Positions 22,210 through 29,693 are shown, counted from the first letter of the stretch. The stretch is DNA of 34,372 nucleotides from Armatimonadota bacterium (GCA_039680575.1 JBDKSP010000080.1:1-34372), one strand, 5' to 3'. Notes: generated from the sequence alone by a model not told the origin. Translations and numbers: made by a program.

Positions 22210-22818
22210 TTAACCTTCCTTCGCTACCTGTGATGAGGATTTCGGTTTTCGCGGACACATCGTTATCTGGATCAGGATAAATATGCCGATAGCCATCAGA
22301 ACATCGCCGATACTGAATATCCCCGAAAATACTTTTGAAAGCACCCCGGGGAGAGCATCCGTAATGAGCTTGGGGACCGGTACAATATCACCCAGAAAGT
22401 TGAACCGGGTGCTCCCCGACATTACGATGTGTCTCATCCCTTCTGACCGCGTCAGCACATCCTCGACTCCCGCGATAGTGGCGGCCTTTACGGAAACAGG
22501 CATCTTTCCTGCATTGAATGCTATCGGAAACAGGTTCAACACCCATCCTGCCAGGAACCACTTCATCCCCGGCAGTTTTCGATTCTCCCAGAAGAATACA
22601 AGAAACGCAATGCTTGCGATTATGTGCAGCAGGCCGGTCAGATGCGACCAGAGAGGGGTTTTACCTGAATATTTTCCTATCACCAGAGAAACAATGATGA
22701 TGAATGCCGGGATAAAGACAAGCCATAGGCTTTTTATCTCCAAATCCGCAAGCCGCTGGAGTCGTCCACGGCGTATGAGCGCTATTATAATCGAGAGAAT
22801 ACCGACCTCAAACGCCAA
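22210..22818 (-). CDS. DUF5317-like membrane protein (candidate LspA-like aspartic peptidase)
   Basis: LIRRGRLQRLADL, N..LPGM, GWVLNLFPIAFNAGKMPVS, RH, FLGDIVP, FSIGDVLMAIG recognised as the DUF5317 pattern. Probable TTG start 22818 (SD AGGTG) overlapping the upstream HD-GYP stop. Confidence 0.75.
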   Translation of the reverse strand: MAFEVGILSIIIALIRRGRLQRLADLEIKSLWLVFIPAFIIIVSLVIGKYSGKTPLWSHLTGLLHIIASIAFLVFFWENRKLPGMKWFLAGWVLNLFPIAFNAGKMPVSVKAATIAGVEDVLTRSEGMRHIVMSGSTRFNFLGDIVPVPKLITDALPGVLSKVFSGIFSIGDVLMAIGIFILIQITMCPRKPKSSSQVAKEG

Positions 22819-23497
22819 TTTCACACCTGCCTTCACACTTTTCAAGGACTTTCAGAAATGCATCCACAACTGAAGGATCATACTTGTTACCGGAACCGCT
22901 TTTTATCTGCTTTATGGCCTCTTCTTTCGGTTGAGACTGATGGTATGGCCTATCCGAAATGATGGCATCATAATCGGTAGTTACAGCAAGAATACGAGAT
23001 GCAAGAGGTATATCCTCACCCGATAAACCTTCAGGATAGCCGGTCCCGTCCCAATGCTCATGGTGATGAAGGATCGAATCACCCAAAAATGAAAGCGATG
23101 GCACCGCATGGACCATCTCTGCGCCGAGTGTTGAGTGATTCTTTACCTTCTCCCATTCATCAGGAGTCAGGGGATCGCTTTTGTTAAGCAGCATTGCCGG
23201 AACATTCACTTTCCCGATGTCCCTCAAGAGCGCGGCATATTCTATCTCCAGCCGCTTATCCGTATCTATCCCCAGTTCATCCGCTACATCGGTCGCATAA
23301 TCAGCTACCCTCTTTGCGTGGCCGATAGTACCTGAGTCCCTGGTTTCGACGGCAGCCGCAAGAGCGTAAAGCGCCTTTTTGAAGGCCAACTCCATCTTGC
23401 GGGGTTGATAGAAGCTGGAATAATACCAACTTCCAAAAGTTATGATCGCAGCAACAGCCACCGCAATTATAACCGGCGTTGTCCACTGGCTAGTCAT
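22808..23497 (-). CDS. single-TM HD-GYP domain protein with degenerate HD motif
   Basis: N-terminal TM (VIIAVAVAAIITFGSWY), GHAKRV, LLRDIGK (HD to RD), HHHEHWDGTGYPEGL, SDRPYH; ATG 23497 with SD GGAGG, overlapping the upstream stop. Confidence 0.85.
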   Translation of the reverse strand: MTSQWTTPVIIAVAVAAIITFGSWYYSSFYQPRKMELAFKKALYALAAAVETRDSGTIGHAKRVADYATDVADELGIDTDKRLEIEYAALLRDIGKVNVPAMLLNKSDPLTPDEWEKVKNHSTLGAEMVHAVPSLSFLGDSILHHHEHWDGTGYPEGLSGEDIPLASRILAVTTDYDAIISDRPYHQSQPKEEAIKQIKSGSGNKYDPSVVDAFLKVLEKCEGRCEIGV

Positions 23498-25046
23498 TGC
23501 CTCCAACCCTTATCCCCTCCCTGTCGACCATCTTGAGAAATGCGCGCACGACATCCGGCGAAAACTGTGACCCTGCGCCTCTTCTAAGCTCATTGATCGC
23601 CTCATCGATACCAAGCGGTTCTCGATATACCCTGCGTTTCAGCGCGCCGCAGACAGGGCATATCTCCGGGCGCCCGCCGTTTTCGGGCTTGAAACCACAC
23701 GTATCGCACTCCCAGTCAACGGACATCTCCCGGTCGTCAGTCATGGCATCGAAGGCATCAGCGACAGCGATAATTGCGGCCTCTAGCGGGACTCCGCCGT
23801 TTCTAACCCCATCGTCAGGATAACCCGCGCCGTTTGCCCATTTGTGATGATACTTTATCCAATTTACAGTCTGGTTCAGAAAATCGATATGCGCAACGAT
23901 CTCAGCACCTTTTACCGGATGCTCCTTGATCTTCGACCATTCTTCATCCGTCAATTTTCCAACTTTGTCTAAGATTTCCTCGGATACTCCTACTTTTCCG
24001 ATGTCATGCAGCAGCCCGGCGTAAGGCATCAGCATAATCGTCTCGGCGGAAAGCCTGAGCTCTCTTGCAAGCCGCTCGGAAAGCTCGGCGACACGCTTCA
24101 GGTGTCCCCTTGTATACGGATGGTAATGCTGCATGTAGGTACCTAGAGTAGCAATGGTATCCATATACATTTTTTCCCGCTCGACTGCCCTCTGCACTGC
24201 AAGCCGGAGTGAAAGAAACGGTCCAAGCGCTACTAACCCGCTCAATATCCCGACATGCAGATATAGATAGATCAAAAGGACGGTGACCGGCGGAAGCAGC
24301 AGGTATTGGCTCCATGTCAGACGCACGCTGCCCAGGAGAAGGATTTTCAACTTGAGGACAAAGCTGTACCAATCACTGCCTTTTCTAGACGACTGAGGTT
24401 CATTTACCAGAGCTGCAGTGGCGCACCGCGCTTCATCAACTATAAAATATGTAATTATGCCGACCAAAAACGGCAGCGCGGCATGTAGAAATAGTGTACA
24501 GTTCGAAGCAGCCATAAAATATCGCTGATCCAGAACATGCCCCCCTACGCACAGGTATGCGAGCGCGGCAAGCCCTACATTTATTACATCAAGCGCAGTA
24601 TTGGCGGTTATAATCTCGAGCGCCCAGAGAAATGGATAATCGGATCTCTCTTCCCAAGCGCCCGCTAGAGTCCTGATAATACTGTGAAGGCGTCCCGTTC
24701 CGGTATCCGACTCATGGTTTTTCAGCCACCTGGCGCATATCCATCCGGTAATATTGACTGCGGGCAAGGGAATTGCGGCGACAAGCATTGCGAGGACAGG
24801 TCCGAAGAGCACCATGGTAGCCCAATGCATGGGAACGCTTATTGTTACTTCTCCCAAGCCACGCGGCACCGTAATTGGGGTAAGCTCCGACCATATTGCA
24901 AGTACTGCAAAGGCTAACGCCCCTTTCCAAGCACCTGCCTCAGGTGGAATCACCCATTGCATTACAACTGCCATAGCCACCGCGGTCACTATCGACCCAC
25001 GGTAAAAGAGATGGAAGGACCTCTTACTGCTTGCCATTCGAATCAT
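23490..25046 (-). CDS. multi-TM sensor HD-GYP protein with inserted rubredoxin-like finger
   Basis: Roughly 7-8 hydrophobic segments, then YTRGHLKRV, LLHDIGK, HPVKGAEI, HHKWANGAGYP, VADAFDAMTDDR, inserted WECDTCG-x-CPVCGA, YREP, GSQFSPDVV. Confidence 0.88.
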   Translation of the reverse strand: MIRMASSKRSFHLFYRGSIVTAVAMAVVMQWVIPPEAGAWKGALAFAVLAIWSELTPITVPRGLGEVTISVPMHWATMVLFGPVLAMLVAAIPLPAVNITGWICARWLKNHESDTGTGRLHSIIRTLAGAWEERSDYPFLWALEIITANTALDVINVGLAALAYLCVGGHVLDQRYFMAASNCTLFLHAALPFLVGIITYFIVDEARCATAALVNEPQSSRKGSDWYSFVLKLKILLLGSVRLTWSQYLLLPPVTVLLIYLYLHVGILSGLVALGPFLSLRLAVQRAVEREKMYMDTIATLGTYMQHYHPYTRGHLKRVAELSERLARELRLSAETIMLMPYAGLLHDIGKVGVSEEILDKVGKLTDEEWSKIKEHPVKGAEIVAHIDFLNQTVNWIKYHHKWANGAGYPDDGVRNGGVPLEAAIIAVADAFDAMTDDREMSVDWECDTCGFKPENGGRPEICPVCGALKRRVYREPLGIDEAINELRRGAGSQFSPDVVRAFLKMVDREGIRVGGND

Positions 25047-25333
25047 GTGGGCTGCTTAGAGCTTGGTTTTGATATTCTGGAATAATGACCCTAGTATAAA
25101 ATGCCACCTCTAAGGAGTTTTGGGTAATGAGTGACAATCTTACGGACACATAACCAGTCATTGATAATGCTGCATCTATTGGTTTTGCCAAAACTCTTAT
25201 TGTAACCTCTATTGGTAAAGATGGCGAATATTTTAGCACAATAGTAATAAAAATATTGAGCCAACGGCAACGACAGTATTACTTCAAGAACTGCTGTGTA
25301 CCTGCATACATCCATCAGTCCAATAATTACGAA

Positions 25334-25420
25334 CTATGGGGGCGGCCACTGTCTCCATGTGGCTCCGCAGGTTGCAGCCAGTGTCGCCAATGCGATCAGT
25401 ACCTTGAACAGGCGTTTCAT
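25334..25420 (-). CDS. small peptide ORF, 28 aa: MKRLFKVLIALATLAATCGATWRQWPPP
   Basis: Translated by hand (below the ORF-track cut-off). ATG 25420 preceded by SD AAAGGGG; basic N-region, hydrophobic core and Trp/Pro tail; co-oriented with the flanking genes. Confidence 0.75.
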   Translation of the reverse strand: MKRLFKVLIALATLAATCGATWRQWPPP

Positions 25421-25452
25421 GTTTTCAACCCCTTTCGCGTGATTACTACCCC

Positions 25453-25524
25453 TTACCGCTCAAGAGGGGTGCATTCATCGCTTCGCTCGGGTTGACTTTA
25501 CCGCTCACTTTGGATCTGCCGCTC
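25453..25524 (-). promoter_or_regulatory. cluster of GAGCGG motifs in the leader of the peptide ORF
   Basis: CCGCTC (+ strand) at 25456, 25501 and 25519, variant TCGCTC at 25483; identical 10-mer TTACCGCTCA at 25453 and 25498. Confidence 0.45.
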
Positions 25525-25547
25525 GCGCCGTTGGCTCAATTCAAAAA

Positions 25548-26201
25548 CTATTCTCTAATTATCAATGTAGTTCGCCGGTTAATGGCATCTAATGTAGCAT
25601 TAACCACAGCTTTCCATAAATCCTGCCTGACTATTGCAGAACCTGTTAAATAATCATCTCCGCGGTTCGTGACAAAGTTGATCAATACCACAACAATGTT
25701 CTTGCCGGCCAGATTGACGCCTGTAGTCATATCTTCGACTATCATAGTGCCATCAGCCGCGCCTGCGTCTTCGACCGCACGCAGCGTTGCGGTTGCAATG
25801 AGCTTCATCTGACTGCTGCTCGAACTCAATCCTGTAGCAGTCCCCGTGTAAACCACGCCGTCTCTCCCTAGATGGACCGTAGCTTCCGCTCTGCTCCCTT
25901 CAAGAGAGATCGAAACGTCCGAAAACCTTAATCTACCCTGCTCCTTTTTCTCATTGCCCTGAAGTTGAGCTACGCTGACCTTTCGATGATCGATCTGGAC
26001 TCCAAGTTTAGCCATGACTGCCGATTCAATGTCACGCACAACCTGCTTGGGGGCTCTACTGGCTTCCGTCAGAACGTGAATCTCCTCGATCTCTCCATCA
26101 TCGCCTGAGACTATTCGCGCCGATATCACGTCGCGCAGCCGGCATATAACGGACTCAACATCAATCAGATCGTCGATATTTCCTTTTCTCTCGACTGCCA
26201 T
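25548..26201 (-). CDS. conserved hypothetical protein with LeuA allosteric (dimerisation)-like C-terminal repeats
   Basis: ATG 26201 with SD AAAGGAG (217 aa). N-domain IEEIHVL...PKQVVRDIESA...IDHRKVSVAQ; two beta3-alpha units ending IATATLRAV and AVVNATLDAINR. Confidence 0.7.
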   Translation of the reverse strand: MAVERKGNIDDLIDVESVICRLRDVISARIVSGDDGEIEEIHVLTEASRAPKQVVRDIESAVMAKLGVQIDHRKVSVAQLQGNEKKEQGRLRFSDVSISLEGSRAEATVHLGRDGVVYTGTATGLSSSSSQMKLIATATLRAVEDAGAADGTMIVEDMTTGVNLAGKNIVVVLINFVTNRGDDYLTGSAIVRQDLWKAVVNATLDAINRRTTLIIRE

Positions 26202-26272
26202 TCTCCGCTCTCCTTTCGCCGCTACTTCCTTAAAGCGGCACCCTCTCTTTTCCTCTTCGCCATTCGTAACTT

Positions 26273-26299
26273 TCATCGCCCGAATGGTCTTTTGCCTGA
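26273..26299 (-). promoter_or_regulatory. possible sigma28 (FliA/SigD)-type promoter
   Basis: Minus strand TCAG-N15-GGCGATGA versus consensus TAAA-N15-GCCGATAA. Confidence 0.3.
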
Positions 26300-26333
26300 A
26301 AACCGGCTATATAATTCTTGCTTTGTTCTCCAG

Positions 26334-28424
26334 CTACCCGCGGAATACCGCTTTGAACTTCGATGCAAGATTATCTTTTATATTCTCAAGAACAGCGTTG
26401 ATTTCCTCATCCTTAAGTGTCCGTTCTTTTGATCTGAAAACTATTGAGAGTGTAAGGCTCTGCTCATCTTCGCTCACATGCGGGCCGACATATACATCCA
26501 GAAGGCTCATATCTTCAAGAATAGCCCCACCGGCTTCGAAAACAGCTCTTCTGATGTCGCCGTAAGGCACATCCCGATTCACAACGGCAGCAAGATGGCG
26601 GTAAAGAGCCGGGAACTTCGGAAGATGCTCGTATATTATCTTCTCAGGGACAAGCGACTTCAGCAGCTCGACACTCAGTTCGAATATATACGGATGTCCT
26701 TTTATATCCAGCTCGTTTACGACTTCTGGGGCGACTTCGCCGATGATCCCTATCTCCACATTACCGGCTGTAATCTTTGCGGCTCTCGTCGGATGAAGCA
26801 TAGGATGCTCAGTCCGCTCGAATTTCACGTCTGATATCTTCAATCTATCGAAGATATTCTCGACAACTCCCTTTATGAGGTAAAAATCAGCCGCCATCGC
26901 TTCTTTGTTCAGATTCCAGGCGCTTGACCATTGATTTCCGACCATTGCGCCTGCCACCGACAGCCACTCAGTCACAGTCTTGTCCTTTTCCAGCCAGCGA
27001 TAGACTTTTCCAATCTCATAGACACTCATATCGCGGATTCCGGTTGCCTGATTCCTTACGATAACCCGGAGCAGGTTCGGCGCAATCATTGTCCTCATCC
27101 CCGCTGTTTCCCAACTGAGCTGGTTTCTGACGAAGATCGAGTCTTCCTGACCGGCGATCCGGATGCTATTGTGATCTATAAGGCTGTGTGTCAGGACTTC
27201 CTGCATCCCGGAGGACATAAGCGTCCGCCGCAGTTCCTGAACGAAAAGCCCCATGTCGCTGTCTTTGCCCTGGAACGGCGCGGGTGGAAGAGTGCTGCCG
27301 ATATTTTCATAACCATAAGCTCTGGCAACCTCTTCGATCACATCCGCCTCAAGCCGTATATCCGGCCTGAACGTCGGAACCGTCACGACAATACCTTCGT
27401 CCTCGAGAGTTGCCGGTATCTGGTACACTTCAAGAAGAGACACCATTTCCTGGGCGCTCAAAGAAGTGTCGAGCATTGCGTTTACCCGATCGGGGCGGAC
27501 AGTAACCTTAGAAATGTTATCTTTAGCGGGATATAAGTCCACAATGCCTTCGGCTATCTCACCGCCAGCCAGGTCTCTCATAAGCTCCGCTGCGCGCTTG
27601 GCTGCCAGGTCCGCCATACCTACATCCACCGAACGTTCGAACCTGTAACTGGACTCAGTTACAATACCGAGCTTCTTTGAAGTCCTTCGGATAGAGACTG
27701 GATTGAAGTGCGCGGACTCTATGAGAATATTTTTCGTATCGGGCTTTACTTCGGAATCGAAGCCGCCCATAACCCCTGCAAGCCCGACAGCGCGGTATTT
27801 ATCGGCGATAACGAGCATATCATGGCCCAACTCGCGCTCTACGCCGTCGAGTGTGGTCAGCTTCTCGCCGGCATCTGCGCGCCGGACTATGACCTCTTTC
27901 CCATCCAGAAGGCTGTAATCGAACGCGTGCAGCGGCTGACCCATCTCAAGCATGACATAGTTGGTAATGTCTACTATGTTATTGATCGGCCTCATTCCCG
28001 CGCGGATCAGCCGGTTCTTCATCCAGGCTGGGGAATCCTTCACCGTCACATTGCGGACGACAACGCCGGTGTACCTGTCACAGAGATCAGGGTCTTTGAT
28101 AGTGATCTTTATCTCTGAAGCGGATGACGGCGGGACGTCCGGAGCTTCCGGCTGGGGTATTTTGACGGGACTTTTGGTAAAAGCGGCGACTTCGCGGGCG
28201 ACACCGATAAGCGACAGCCAGTCCCCACGGTTCGGCGTGACCTTCGTGAGCATCACACGGCTGTCCACCTCATCAGGTACGCCACCCGAGTGGACGGTCT
28301 CCTCATTGTCCGTCGAGACGATCTCCTCGACCTCAAGCCCGGCCATAGTAAGCTTATCAGCCAACTCCTCGACCGATTCGCCTGTCTCTACATATTCATT
28401 AAGCCATTCAACTGGAACTCTCAT
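26334..28424 (-). CDS. pheT: phenylalanine--tRNA ligase beta subunit (lacks B2 OB domain)
   Basis: LTMAGLEVEE, TPNRGDWLSLIGVARE, INNIVDITNYVMLEMGQPLHAFD, SSYRFER, VPTFRPD, DVIEEVAR, C-terminal FDX-ACB (DVYVG...ERTL). Confidence 0.96.
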   Translation of the reverse strand: MRVPVEWLNEYVETGESVEELADKLTMAGLEVEEIVSTDNEETVHSGGVPDEVDSRVMLTKVTPNRGDWLSLIGVAREVAAFTKSPVKIPQPEAPDVPPSSASEIKITIKDPDLCDRYTGVVVRNVTVKDSPAWMKNRLIRAGMRPINNIVDITNYVMLEMGQPLHAFDYSLLDGKEVIVRRADAGEKLTTLDGVERELGHDMLVIADKYRAVGLAGVMGGFDSEVKPDTKNILIESAHFNPVSIRRTSKKLGIVTESSYRFERSVDVGMADLAAKRAAELMRDLAGGEIAEGIVDLYPAKDNISKVTVRPDRVNAMLDTSLSAQEMVSLLEVYQIPATLEDEGIVVTVPTFRPDIRLEADVIEEVARAYGYENIGSTLPPAPFQGKDSDMGLFVQELRRTLMSSGMQEVLTHSLIDHNSIRIAGQEDSIFVRNQLSWETAGMRTMIAPNLLRVIVRNQATGIRDMSVYEIGKVYRWLEKDKTVTEWLSVAGAMVGNQWSSAWNLNKEAMAADFYLIKGVVENIFDRLKISDVKFERTEHPMLHPTRAAKITAGNVEIGIIGEVAPEVVNELDIKGHPYIFELSVELLKSLVPEKIIYEHLPKFPALYRHLAAVVNRDVPYGDIRRAVFEAGGAILEDMSLLDVYVGPHVSEDEQSLTLSIVFRSKERTLKDEEINAVLENIKDNLASKFKAVFRG

Positions 28425-28469
28425 ATTGCCTCAAAATGGAAAGCTTGCTTTCCATCAAACTTCTCACTC

Positions 28470-29486
28470 CTAAAACTGGGACAGGAACCTGAGATCGTCC
28501 TCCATAAACAGGCGGAGATCGTCGATCCGGTGCTCGATCATGGGCATTCGGTCTATTCCAAGCCCAAATGCGAACCCGCTGTATATCTTCGGGTCCATTC
28601 CGCAGTTTGCCAACTCGTTAGGATGTATCATGCCGGCACCACCGAGCTCCAGCCACCTGCCGCCGCCGATACTGACGGCAATCTCCGCACCAGGCTCGAC
28701 AAACGGAAAAAAATCCGGTCTGAACCTGGTTTTGGCATCCGGACCGAACATCTCGCGGCAGAAGTGGTCGAGCGTACCCTTCAGGTCGGCAAATGTGATG
28801 TTCTCACCTACGGTAAAACAGTCTACCTGATGGAATGTGTGGCCGTGCGTTGCATCGACAGCTTCGTAACGATAGCATTTGCCCATCGTGCATATCCTGA
28901 ACGGAGGTTTTCTCTTCTCATACACCCGCTTATGCGAAGCGGTGGTCTGAGTACGGAGAAGATATGTGCTATGCGCATCGTGAGTATCCCTGTCAGTGAC
29001 ATAGAACGACATCTGCTCATCCATTGCGGGATGTTCTTCGGGATAATTAAGTGCTTCGAAGTTATAGTGGTATGACTCGATTTCCGGGCTCTCTACGACC
29101 TCATAGCCCATTCCGATGAAGATATTTTTGATTCGCATCATCGTATCGACGAGGATATGTGGCCTCCCGGTCTTGTATAACCTTCCAGGCAATGTGACAT
29201 CAATCGATTCTGCCTTTATACGGAGCTCTGTCTCTTCCGCGGCAAGCCTGTTCCGGCGGTCGGATGCTTTGGCTTCCAGTTCGGACTTCGCCTCGTTCAC
29301 GCGGCTTCCGAACAAAGGCCTCTGTTCCGGCGGAAGCGCTCCGACGGTTCTCAGCAACTGAGTCAGCCTGCCTTTTCGCCCGAGGTACTCGACCTCGATC
29401 TCATCCAGTTCCTTAGTAGACTTCGCAGCCTCTATTCGCCCGGAAGATTCCTTCACAAGATCGGTTATCGTGTTGAATTCAATCAT
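28470..29486 (-). CDS. pheS: phenylalanine--tRNA ligase alpha subunit
   Basis: YLGRKG, IDVTLPG, NFEALNYPEEHPA, LLRTQT, DATHGHTFHQ, RFRPDFFPFVEPGAE, GAGMIHP, GFAFGLGIDR; ATG 29486 with SD GGGAG. Confidence 0.96.
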   Translation of the reverse strand: MIEFNTITDLVKESSGRIEAAKSTKELDEIEVEYLGRKGRLTQLLRTVGALPPEQRPLFGSRVNEAKSELEAKASDRRNRLAAEETELRIKAESIDVTLPGRLYKTGRPHILVDTMMRIKNIFIGMGYEVVESPEIESYHYNFEALNYPEEHPAMDEQMSFYVTDRDTHDAHSTYLLRTQTTASHKRVYEKRKPPFRICTMGKCYRYEAVDATHGHTFHQVDCFTVGENITFADLKGTLDHFCREMFGPDAKTRFRPDFFPFVEPGAEIAVSIGGGRWLELGGAGMIHPNELANCGMDPKIYSGFAFGLGIDRMPMIEHRIDDLRLFMEDDLRFLSQF

Positions 29487-29693
29487 ATTACTCCCAACAC
29501 AACAATCAGAAGGGTATTGCAAGCCCCTTTCGGGACTCTCCCATGAGATTTTCAGACAAACAAAAACTATCTATGGAGTTTCAGGTAATGATATTACAAG
29601 CTCTGATACTACTGAGAAGACTCCGATCGAGAATGGAGCCTTGATTCTGAGATCAGCGCCCAAAACTCCTTATATATATATCTATATGTAAAA

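Larger units (their letters stand above)
25255..25540. repeat. perfect 14-bp inverted repeat enclosing a 286-bp segment
   Basis: ATTGAGCCAACGGC at 25255-25268 and its reverse complement GCCGTTGGCTCAAT at 25527-25540. Confidence 0.85.

Noticed and set aside
25024..25495. ORF-track entries 25024-25239, 25091-25315 and 25256-25495 as genes
   Set aside because: No convincing SD or protein-like features; the 28-aa ORF at 25420-25334 is far better supported.
25421..25547. c-di-GMP riboswitch or lac-type operator in the peptide leader
   Set aside because: No GEMM-I/II consensus recognised; TGAGCGG resembles a lacO half-site but occurs as direct, not inverted, repeats.
29487..29690. T-box riboswitch upstream of pheS
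   Set aside because: No T-box consensus (GGTGG.ACCGCG) or terminator/antiterminator pair found.
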